Positions 38,078-46,844 of a stretch of 64,000 nt of DNA are shown here, in pieces. Numbering within the stretch: position 1 is the first letter of the stretch; every line of letters begins with the position of its first letter. Location: the NCBI GenBank assembly GCA_041674185.1, contig JBAYWE010000001.1, forward strand, positions 893-64,892, read 5' to 3'. A model generated the notes under the pieces. The model worked only from the letters and a program-made list of their open reading frames with translations. It was not told the origin of the DNA and made no database searches. Position numbers and translations under genes: made by a program. This DNA is from Minisyncoccota bacterium (GTDB lineage: Bacteria; Patescibacteriota; Minisyncoccia; UBA6257; JAGOQP01).

Positions 38078-39244
38078 TCACTCTTTCAAGAAAGGACGTA
38101 AAGCATCAAATACGATTTCTGGTTGTATATTTTTCATGTGCGGACAAGGATATGTACACGTGACAAGAGAACACTGGTGAGAGGTGTCCGTGCCATGTAA
38201 AGTAACGACGTGGTGTCCTAGAGCATAGCAACTTTGAACAGAAGTACCCCCGTTCAGAAGCTGAACTGTCGGAATATCATATGAAGCGGCAAAATGAGCA
38301 AGAACAGAATCATTTCCCACAAACAAAGAAGCATATTTTAAAAATGCATAACATAAACGTAAAGAAAGACTCCCCGTCATATCTTTTATGGGGATTGTAG
38401 GACATAACGATATAACAGTTTTTGCAAATTTCTTATCAGAGGCAGATCCACACAATACAATGTCATACCCACGACCATACAGTGTATGAGCTAAATGAGA
38501 AAAATAATCAAGTGGCCACATTTTGAAATAGTGTCCTGCGGATATATGAAAAGCCACAAAATGTCTTGGGGTGATATCTGTAATAAGAGATGAGATTTGT
38601 TTGCTTTCTTCTTGAGTAAGAAATATTTGCGGCTTCCATGTGGAAATCTTTATCCCTAAAAGGGCAAGCATATTTCGATAACGATGCCATGCGGGATCCT
38701 GTAGATGATATCGAATAACATGAGTATATAAGAAAGAAAGAACCTCCTCATACAAAATACCCACTCTATAACGAGCCCCTATACATATTCCTAAAAAACT
38801 AATAAACGGCTCTCCCCGTGGATCAATATATACATCATACGATCCTTTTCGAAGTGTGCGTATCAACTGCCATATATTTTTAAAAGATGCCTCAACACGC
38901 CGAGAAGGAGACGTCCTTCCTTGATTAAATCGAGTATATGGAAATGTGTGTATAGTATGTATGTACGGGTTGTGAGAATAAATGGGCCGTGTGGCTTCTG
39001 TACACAGAACATCAATTTCGGCCTGAGGAAATTTTTCCTTTAGGTGAAAGAATATGGGGGAAATATAAAATGCGTCGCCCAACTGATCAAATCGGACAAC
39101 GAGAATTCTTTTAACCAATTGAGTATTAATAGGTACATTTTTCCTTATGCAGAAGAATAAAAAACTTCCCACACTATCAATAATGCGAGCAATAATACGA
39201 AACACAGGATTCTGATATACATAATAATTAAGGCTATCTTTCAT
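38078..39244 (-). CDS. Glycosyltransferase family 9 (heptosyltransferase-like)
   Basis: ILVVRFDQLGDAFYISPIFFHLKEKFPQAEIDVLCTE, the GT9 N-terminal signature. Confidence 0.6.
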   Translation of the reverse strand: MKDSLNYYVYQNPVFRIIARIIDSVGSFLFFCIRKNVPINTQLVKRILVVRFDQLGDAFYISPIFFHLKEKFPQAEIDVLCTEATRPIYSHNPYIHTIHTFPYTRFNQGRTSPSRRVEASFKNIWQLIRTLRKGSYDVYIDPRGEPFISFLGICIGARYRVGILYEEVLSFLYTHVIRYHLQDPAWHRYRNMLALLGIKISTWKPQIFLTQEESKQISSLITDITPRHFVAFHISAGHYFKMWPLDYFSHLAHTLYGRGYDIVLCGSASDKKFAKTVISLCPTIPIKDMTGSLSLRLCYAFLKYASLFVGNDSVLAHFAASYDIPTVQLLNGGTSVQSCYALGHHVVTLHGTDTSHQCSLVTCTYPCPHMKNIQPEIVFDALRPFLKE

Positions 39245-40565
39245 ATGTAGTGGAAAATAAAATGGAAGAAGGAATATGAGAGGTTGTGTGCGAAAGAAGT
39301 TCGTCTACTCGAGCACACACATCTGTACTCGCAATAGAGGCCACGCAAGGAGATGCAGTAGATACCCCCCAACCACATAACCAATTATCTCCCAAACAAG
39401 AAGCGTGAGCATCATACACCCACATAGTATACGATGGATACCCATATAAGGAACATCTTCCTATATGCCCTCCTCCTACAACACAAACCGTAGGAACGCG
39501 CAGCGCTATAGCCAAATGAACAAAGGATGTTTCGTTACTAATACACATACAAGCTCCCTGTATAAGAGCACACACATCCAATAAGGAGGTCTTATTTACA
39601 TGATTCTGTACAAAAGGAGCTTTTTGCACAATATACTGAGATAAAGCAAGCTCTTGTTCACCGGAACCAATAAGAATAACAGTACATCCCTTTTTATATA
39701 TATGGTGTATAACCTCAAGAAATCTATCTACGGGCCATTGTCTATACATAACAGCAGCACCACATCCCAGAACCACATACGGAGTCTGAGGAATTGTATA
39801 CGAGGAAATAATTTTAATATGGGTACTATAGTCCAATTCTTCTTTGTGGGTAACCGTCTCATAAAAAGAGATAAGGTGTTTAAAAATTGATGTTATGGGA
39901 ACAGTTCTAGGCGCACATGAATCAATACTCGAAACACAGGTTGATAACGCACGACGATACATAGGAAAAAGGACCGAGATAAGATATCGATTATATACAG
40001 TATTCACCGCAGCATCAAAAAATATTTTTTCCCCCTCATATCCAATAATTTCTTTTGCAGAGATATTTGAAACGATACCGAAATATTCCACAAAAGAAAG
40101 TTGATTTGTACTATGGTAAATCACTCGCGAAAAACCCTCTTGATGTATATTTTTTAGAACCCCCACACTATAAAAAATATTCCATAAAAACTTATTTCGG
40201 TTAATATATATAACACGATCAAAGAACGATTCACACAATCCTCGTACAGATCGATGGGCTAGTAAAACAATTTCACACCCAGGAAATGCATTCCGATAAT
40301 GTTTGAATACAGAAGTTGAGCAAACTACATCACCCACATTATCAAGTTGTATAATAAGAATTTTTTTATCTTGAGGCTGAACAATGACAAAGCGACGATA
40401 TAAAAATAAAGATACCTTTCGTAAGAATTGAAACAGACCAAAAAAAATAACTGTTTTAAAAACTATTTTTACAATATCAGAAATGAGACCAATAATAACA
40501 TTATATATGCGCATATATCGTATTTTTTCTAAAAGAAGACACGGTATACGTAGGCACCAGATCAT
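39234..40565 (-). CDS. Glycosyltransferase family 9 (heptosyltransferase-like), Cys-rich C-terminus
   Basis: KILIIQLDNVGDVVCSTSVFKHYRNAFPGCEIVLLAH. Start uncertain; the internal M at ~40514 is also possible. Confidence 0.55.
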   Translation of the reverse strand: MIWCLRIPCLLLEKIRYMRIYNVIIGLISDIVKIVFKTVIFFGLFQFLRKVSLFLYRRFVIVQPQDKKILIIQLDNVGDVVCSTSVFKHYRNAFPGCEIVLLAHRSVRGLCESFFDRVIYINRNKFLWNIFYSVGVLKNIHQEGFSRVIYHSTNQLSFVEYFGIVSNISAKEIIGYEGEKIFFDAAVNTVYNRYLISVLFPMYRRALSTCVSSIDSCAPRTVPITSIFKHLISFYETVTHKEELDYSTHIKIISSYTIPQTPYVVLGCGAAVMYRQWPVDRFLEVIHHIYKKGCTVILIGSGEQELALSQYIVQKAPFVQNHVNKTSLLDVCALIQGACMCISNETSFVHLAIALRVPTVCVVGGGHIGRCSLYGYPSYTMWVYDAHASCLGDNWLCGWGVSTASPCVASIASTDVCARVDELLSHTTSHIPSSILFSTTYER

Positions 40566-41439
40566 GTATGGTGCTAGAAATCACATTATAATCATGGGGA
40601 AAATGGTACGTTCGAATGGCAAGTGTTGGAAGAAATTTCTGTATAACGGATTTACTCCCTAATAATAAATCATTTTCTGCGCCCTCTATGTCTGCTTTTA
40701 TAAAATCTATTCTTTCTATTGCATAACTGGAAACAAAAGAATCAAGTTTCGTTTGAATAATGGTTCTCGTCACGCCCGAGCGACGTATATATTTTGAAGA
40801 TCCCTCAAAAGAATCTGCGAGGTCAATACTCATGGAAATATCTGTGTCTTTTTCTCCAAGCGCTTGAGAGATAAACTGTACATTCTGTAAATCATTGACA
40901 TGAACGTTGCGCTGAGCATATGAAAGAACTTCTGCGATAGGATCAAACGCAAATACTTTTCCAGAGGGCCCCGTGAGTTTCGCCGCAACAACAGAAAATA
41001 AGCCAATATTACAGCCAGCATCAATAACATAATCTCCATTTCGTAACATCTCTAAAGAAGTAATATAGGGGCCATCAAAAAAGTCTCCAAAGTTTATGTG
41101 ATAATATTTTTCAAACACATCCCCCTCCTTCTCTATAGAAACAAGATAGGGAACGATAATATCAAAAAAGTCACCCTGCTCCAATCCATGCAAGGGAGCA
41201 TAGAATGTTAACCCACGTATAACAATACAAATTTCTGTTTCTGTTTTCGTAATTGATCCAATGGGAAATTTCTTAAAAAAACGATGTATCAGAAAATATT
41301 CCCCAAAAAATCTATTGCGTAAAGACCCCACACAAAGAAAAAACAGCATACTCCCCCAATCAAAAACAGTACTAGTAAGAGATCGATACACCGACTTAAA
41401 TACATATATTATTCTCCAGATAATTCCTTTCATATTCAT
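40501..41439 (-). CDS. FkbM-family SAM-dependent methyltransferase
   Basis: YVIDAGCNIGLFSVVAA...KVFAFDPIAEVLSYAQRNV. Confidence 0.7.
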   Translation of the reverse strand: MNMKGIIWRIIYVFKSVYRSLTSTVFDWGSMLFFLCVGSLRNRFFGEYFLIHRFFKKFPIGSITKTETEICIVIRGLTFYAPLHGLEQGDFFDIIVPYLVSIEKEGDVFEKYYHINFGDFFDGPYITSLEMLRNGDYVIDAGCNIGLFSVVAAKLTGPSGKVFAFDPIAEVLSYAQRNVHVNDLQNVQFISQALGEKDTDISMSIDLADSFEGSSKYIRRSGVTRTIIQTKLDSFVSSYAIERIDFIKADIEGAENDLLLGSKSVIQKFLPTLAIRTYHFPHDYNVISSTIHDLVPTYTVSSFRKNTIYAHI

Positions 41440-42590
41440 GTGATATATACTCGCTTTATAGCCTGTTCATAGGCTCGTACAGACTTTTCTATAGAGAAGG
41501 ATTCTACAATATCTTTCTGAACGGAAGATGGGCTAGGGAGTGTCCGTGGACAAGACAGGACGGCTAGTAACTTTTCACCCATAAGCATACCATCACCCAC
41601 AGGAATAAGAAATCCGTTTAAACCGTCACGAATAGATTCCCGCGGACCAAAATCACAATCGGTTGCTACCACAGGAATTCCACAGGCAAGTGCTTCTGTA
41701 ATAACACGAGGATTTCCTTCATACCGAGAAGCAAATGAAAAAACATCACTTTGAGCAATATACTTTATGGGGTTATCCTTAAATCCAAACAAAAAAACAT
41801 CTTTTTGTAAAATAAGATTATATTTTTCAAGTAAGGGGGAAATAATACGAGGATCTCCTGACCCCAACAATACCAAAACAGCTGACACATTTTTCCTAAC
41901 AAAATCAAAGGCAGTAAATAATGTATCAAAATCCTTATCTGCACGACTAAGACGCATACTACTAATAACAATCTTATATTCTCTTTTTGCATCGAAAACA
42001 GCCTCGGAAACAGGCTCTCTCATATACAATGGAAATTTTTCAGCATCAATAACGGGAGAATGAATGGTTATTATGTTTCGTGAATGAATACAAAATTCTT
42101 CCTGCATTCTTGTGAGAGCTTCTTGGTTATTCACTATGGTGAGTTTTAATTTCGGAAAGTATCTTTTTGCTAAATGAAAATATATTGCAGAAAATTGTGA
42201 AGCAGAAAAAAATTTAAAAATATTAGTATACTCAATACGAATTATTGGAGTGTGTAGACACAACCGTGAAATATATAACAAAATGAGAATTGCAAGATCA
42301 ATACTCGGACTTGCACTTAAAATAACACCATCATACGCGTGTTTTTTAAAAAAACAAAAACAACGATACAATAAATTAATTATACCCGAGACAGAAATAC
42401 TATGTAGGGGAACATTTTCTCCCAGCACAGTGCGTCGATCTAACTGAGGAGAAGATGTATGTAATTCAAAATTGAGTACAGAAACAGAGAAATCGCTTTT
42501 TGCAAGATGTGTAATAATGTGAGCTGAATCTATACCCTTTCCACCAAAATCGCTCATCCAATCGTATGTGATCCAAATAAGTTTCTTCAT
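41436..42590 (-). CDS. Glycosyltransferase family 4
   Basis: YEGNPRVITEALACGIPVVATDCDFGPRE. 4-nt overlap with the upstream gene. Confidence 0.7.
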   Translation of the reverse strand: MKKLIWITYDWMSDFGGKGIDSAHIITHLAKSDFSVSVLNFELHTSSPQLDRRTVLGENVPLHSISVSGIINLLYRCFCFFKKHAYDGVILSASPSIDLAILILLYISRLCLHTPIIRIEYTNIFKFFSASQFSAIYFHLAKRYFPKLKLTIVNNQEALTRMQEEFCIHSRNIITIHSPVIDAEKFPLYMREPVSEAVFDAKREYKIVISSMRLSRADKDFDTLFTAFDFVRKNVSAVLVLLGSGDPRIISPLLEKYNLILQKDVFLFGFKDNPIKYIAQSDVFSFASRYEGNPRVITEALACGIPVVATDCDFGPRESIRDGLNGFLIPVGDGMLMGEKLLAVLSCPRTLPSPSSVQKDIVESFSIEKSVRAYEQAIKRVYIT

Positions 42591-43528
42591 TTTATAAAGA
42601 TAATATTATCAAAATCAGAAACATCACCAATACGATCATACTGCGTCTGAATAAGCAAAAAATATTTTGAAATTTGAGAATACTCAATTTGTTGCAAAGA
42701 ACCATCGTGAGAAATAGAGAACATAGAAAATCCATTCTTCTGCATAAATTCCAACACCGTACTATAATTTTCTGAAAATGGTCTAAAACGAATTTCTATA
42801 CAAGCAACAAGATGCTCCTGCGCCAGAATATGTTCCGCACCACGCAGCACTAATGATTCGGCGCCCTCAACATCTATCTTAATAAGTGTAGGTTGTATTA
42901 CATGATCAGAAGAAAAAGAATCGAGGGTTACTGACGATGTATGTATTTCTTCAAAGGGGGCATCCTCATTCTGAGTGCCATCAAAATTATCAAGAACTAG
43001 AGTAGAAATCCACGACCCAGAAAGAGGGCGAGAAAAGAAAGACACTACATCATTCTTCTCAGAAACAGCCTTCTCAACAATAGTCATATTGTCCCTTTTG
43101 TTCTTTCTTAAATACACTAATGTGTGTGGATCTGGTTCAAATGCATATACACGGGAGTCTTTTGATATCTCTGCAATTAAACATGAGTAATATCCAATAT
43201 GCGCCCCCACATCAAAAAATATCTCATTGTCCTTCACTTGATGTAAAAGAAACTTAGTTAGTCGAATCTCTGGATCGGTCAAAAGAAAGGCTCCAAATTT
43301 CCACATATCAGCACACAATGGAACGGGGATTGTCATCGTCGAGCCAAAAAACATTTTTCTTTTTTGAGGAAAAATAAAATCACCTCCATAAAAAATATTG
43401 GAAATTCTTCCTACGCACGAAGCCATGAAAACACGTACAGGATTATACATAAGTTGAGACCATCTCCCTCGACGCCAAATAGTTTCTATCTTTTCAAATT
43501 TCTTTATTAAAAAATCTTTGTGTATCAT
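42587..43528 (-). CDS. FkbM-family methyltransferase
   Basis: FFDVGAHIGYYSCLIAE...RVYAFEPDPHTLVYLRKN. Confidence 0.7.
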   Translation of the reverse strand: MIHKDFLIKKFEKIETIWRRGRWSQLMYNPVRVFMASCVGRISNIFYGGDFIFPQKRKMFFGSTMTIPVPLCADMWKFGAFLLTDPEIRLTKFLLHQVKDNEIFFDVGAHIGYYSCLIAEISKDSRVYAFEPDPHTLVYLRKNKRDNMTIVEKAVSEKNDVVSFFSRPLSGSWISTLVLDNFDGTQNEDAPFEEIHTSSVTLDSFSSDHVIQPTLIKIDVEGAESLVLRGAEHILAQEHLVACIEIRFRPFSENYSTVLEFMQKNGFSMFSISHDGSLQQIEYSQISKYFLLIQTQYDRIGDVSDFDNIIFIK

Positions 43529-44412
43529 ATGTTCTTTTTAAAGACAATAAATCCATCGGATGTGCTATCCACCACACACAATCCTCCCTGAGAATCTATA
43601 AAAGACGGTGCATATCCTACCTGTTCTAAATATGCTCGTGCCTCTTGGTGCATAGGAAGATCAGGATTATATTCCATAACAATAATAGGATTGTGTGATG
43701 AAAGCAACCGGTGAGCTCCTTGTAATATCCTAAATTCAGCACCCTCAGCATCTATTTTTATTACATACGGAGCAATATTATATTTTTGTATAATACCGTC
43801 AAGAGTAAATGATGGTACCCATATCTCTTCCTGAATACTTCTAAACTGCTCGTTAAGGTCAACAATGCTTTGTTCTGTACTACTATTTTCAGAATAAAGA
43901 AGGGGGAGTTTAATAAAAGACTCACCTTCTTCATGAGAAGAAACAGTCCCACAAAAAAGTGAAATATTATCGTGAGATTTCTTATTAATATTTAAATATT
44001 CCCAAGCCTCTACATTTGGTTCAAATGATAAGACGCGTCCTTTTTTACCAACAAGAAAACTAGCTAATAAAGAATAGAATCCAAAATGAGCACCTACATC
44101 AAAAAACACAGCTCCCTCGGTAAGGGTGTTTAATAAAAATCTTGCAAGACGAATCTCAGACGGATGCGCCTTCGCCCCATATAGATAATATTCTAAGCCA
44201 ATGGGAGCAGGAATACACATGCGCCACCCAAAAAACAAAGGACCCGATATCAACGTTACCTTTTTAGAAAACCTATATCTAACCTTACTATATATACCCA
44301 CAACAAATCTGATGGGATGTTTTAAAAATACAGAAAATAACCGCCCTATTCTATTTTTAACAGTTGTGTGCTCCACCGCATCAAGAATCAAAGAAAAATT
44401 ATCTGCATACAT
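43525..44412 (-). CDS. FkbM-family methyltransferase
   Basis: VFFDVGAHFGFYSLLASF...RVLSFEPNVEAWEYL. Confidence 0.7.
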   Translation of the reverse strand: MYADNFSLILDAVEHTTVKNRIGRLFSVFLKHPIRFVVGIYSKVRYRFSKKVTLISGPLFFGWRMCIPAPIGLEYYLYGAKAHPSEIRLARFLLNTLTEGAVFFDVGAHFGFYSLLASFLVGKKGRVLSFEPNVEAWEYLNINKKSHDNISLFCGTVSSHEEGESFIKLPLLYSENSSTEQSIVDLNEQFRSIQEEIWVPSFTLDGIIQKYNIAPYVIKIDAEGAEFRILQGAHRLLSSHNPIIVMEYNPDLPMHQEARAYLEQVGYAPSFIDSQGGLCVVDSTSDGFIVFKKNI

Positions 44413-44420
44413 AAAGAAAT

Positions 44421-46652
44421 CTATTGAAAATTAATGGGCTGCCATATTTTATCGTCTATGTTCTTGATAATCATATCAAGTGCATCTTTCTTCTCAGGAA
44501 CCATTATTTGTAGTGCTTCGGCGCATATCTTTGCTCGTTTGTCGTGTATTTTATAATAGTGCTGTAACAATATATAGTATCCAGACACCATCCCTTGTTC
44601 TTGTTGATAAATACCAGGACTAAGTTTTCGAACAAATTCTAACGAATCAAATCCATCATCATAATAGATTTCTCCTGCGGATATCTGAACTAAGGCAAGA
44701 TATAGATGAGATTGAGCCACTTTATCATCAAGCACAACCACATCCTTTAAGACAGTAATGGCTTCGTTATATCTCTTCTGAAATCCAAGATTATACGCGC
44801 GCATATAATATAAATCTTGACGCTGAGGAGATAATTCTTGCGCTTTTTGATACGCCTCTTGTGCCAAAGGAAGATATTCAGTTAATCCCCCTTTCCCCAA
44901 CGCATCATATCCACCCCCTAAATTAGCCCAGTAGCGAGGATTGTAGGGTTCACGCACAAGTAAATCTTTTATTTGATCAATAGCAAAGAGTACTAATTGT
45001 TTTTCACTTTCTTTTCCTTTATACAAATCCTTTACATTATCCAACATATTAGTACGAATAACATCCTGCGCATATGTATAAGGATGGAGTGCTGAATCCA
45101 TATTTTCTTTAAATTCATCTAAAGAGACTGATGCTTGTGAATTACGAATAAGAGAAAGGTACGAACTCATTTGAGAAAACGGAATAACAGTCCAAAAGAT
45201 AAGAGTATAGAAGAAGAAGATTGCGACGACACTAAAAACAGTGGTTAGAGCGTAGTAATTAGTATTAAGTGAAGAAGTCTTCTTTCCTGAATTTTTGCTC
45301 GTTCTCAAGCCCCTATCTCTAATATCTCCTTCTTCCCCTCGTTCCTTGTTTCTCGTCACTTCAGCTACTACATAACCGAGGAATCCAAACCATAAAATAT
45401 AGGTAATAATTGAGTCAAATACCGTAAGGTTTTGTATAAAATAAGCGGTTCCAAAAAACAAAATCATCGCTTTTACAAAAGAGAAGGCACGACCTCGAAT
45501 ACAATACCACAATAGAAGTCCCCATATACTCAGATAAATGAGTAATCCGATGACTCCATTCATAACCAATACATCAAAAATCTTGTTGTGAGCTCTATCA
45601 AACCACTTATTTTCAAATTCAAAATATCGAGGATTATAGTTTGCATTGTAGGCAATATTAAAATTCTCAGGACCCCAACCCAATAAGAACTTCTGTACTC
45701 CATACTCAGAAGGATTTACCGCATCCAAACTCACCCCCGCGGAGATCAAACGAGTCTGAGTGCTGTTGTCTTGAAGAGTAAACTGGGCAAGACGATCAAA
45801 TCCAGGAATTTTCTGCCAAAATTGAGCATTTTTTGTTGAAAAGAAAAATACTCCACAAAAAACTAGAATAAGCAGTATATATCCTGCAATACGTGAAAGT
45901 GAACGAGAACTAATATGTACGTTCTTTCCTGAATACCACACATATAAAAATACAAGAATAATACCAACCCCCACACCTACAATAACACCACGCGTTTCAG
46001 TAATAAAAATACCAAAAAACGAAGTTATGCCGACAACAATAGATGCAATAATCCAAAACAAGCGTACACCTGTTTTATTTTCTTTTTGTCGATAGTATTC
46101 CCAAAAAACAATTCCCGCCGAAAATAAAGCAAATAAAAATACCTCCGCAAGATAAATGGGATTTCCGGTAAATGAGGTGGGGCGTATCACACCACGGGAA
46201 AAATCAACAAGCGCATCAAAAAATAAAACAAAACTCACACCTAAAGAAATCTGAAAAAAACGAACCCAATCTTTATATTCAAATAAAAGATATGAAAACA
46301 CAAAAAATCCAAAAAAGAAAAGAAGCCCCAAAAGTCCCTCCCCTCGTTCAATGTCTCCAAAAAAAGCACGATATGAATCAAAAGCAAAAAGAGTACTCAC
46401 CACATTAAGAGCAATAAAAGAAAAAATCGCAATACCCAAAGGATTCTTTAATAACGTATGCACCTTACGACCAATATCTTCACGAAACTCTCTGTTATAC
46501 CATAGATAGCCCCCAACTAACAAGACAACAATAGTAACAATCCAACGAATTAATAAATTCTTCCCACTAATATAGGGGAAAAAATATGACTTCGCAATGA
46601 CCAAGGGGATAAACGCCAATACATACAGAAAATACTTTATAATATTTTTCAT
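44421..46652 (-). CDS. Wzy_C (O-antigen ligase/polymerase-like) membrane protein with C-terminal TPR repeats; candidate O-oligosaccharyltransferase
   Basis: ~12 TM helices with an O-antigen-ligase-like core (RAHNKIFDVLVMNGVIGLLIYLSIWGLLLWY), then a ~250-aa soluble TPR-like tail (AYQKAQELSPQRQDLYYMRAYNLGFQKRYNEAI). Confidence 0.6.
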   Translation of the reverse strand: MKNIIKYFLYVLAFIPLVIAKSYFFPYISGKNLLIRWIVTIVVLLVGGYLWYNREFREDIGRKVHTLLKNPLGIAIFSFIALNVVSTLFAFDSYRAFFGDIERGEGLLGLLFFFGFFVFSYLLFEYKDWVRFFQISLGVSFVLFFDALVDFSRGVIRPTSFTGNPIYLAEVFLFALFSAGIVFWEYYRQKENKTGVRLFWIIASIVVGITSFFGIFITETRGVIVGVGVGIILVFLYVWYSGKNVHISSRSLSRIAGYILLILVFCGVFFFSTKNAQFWQKIPGFDRLAQFTLQDNSTQTRLISAGVSLDAVNPSEYGVQKFLLGWGPENFNIAYNANYNPRYFEFENKWFDRAHNKIFDVLVMNGVIGLLIYLSIWGLLLWYCIRGRAFSFVKAMILFFGTAYFIQNLTVFDSIITYILWFGFLGYVVAEVTRNKERGEEGDIRDRGLRTSKNSGKKTSSLNTNYYALTTVFSVVAIFFFYTLIFWTVIPFSQMSSYLSLIRNSQASVSLDEFKENMDSALHPYTYAQDVIRTNMLDNVKDLYKGKESEKQLVLFAIDQIKDLLVREPYNPRYWANLGGGYDALGKGGLTEYLPLAQEAYQKAQELSPQRQDLYYMRAYNLGFQKRYNEAITVLKDVVVLDDKVAQSHLYLALVQISAGEIYYDDGFDSLEFVRKLSPGIYQQEQGMVSGYYILLQHYYKIHDKRAKICAEALQIMVPEKKDALDMIIKNIDDKIWQPINFQ

Positions 46653-46844
46653 TCAAGAAAATTAATAGCGGTCTTCTATAACCGATATTATAAAAATTAA
46701 TAATATGAAGCAGTATAACCTAATTTAAGTATAATGGAAAGATAGTAAATAAGATTTTTGCCAACAAAAAACAGCCCCGAAGGGCTGTTTTTTGTTTTTA
46801 CCTCTTATGTGAAATCAAAAGATAACACACGAATAGTTAAACTA

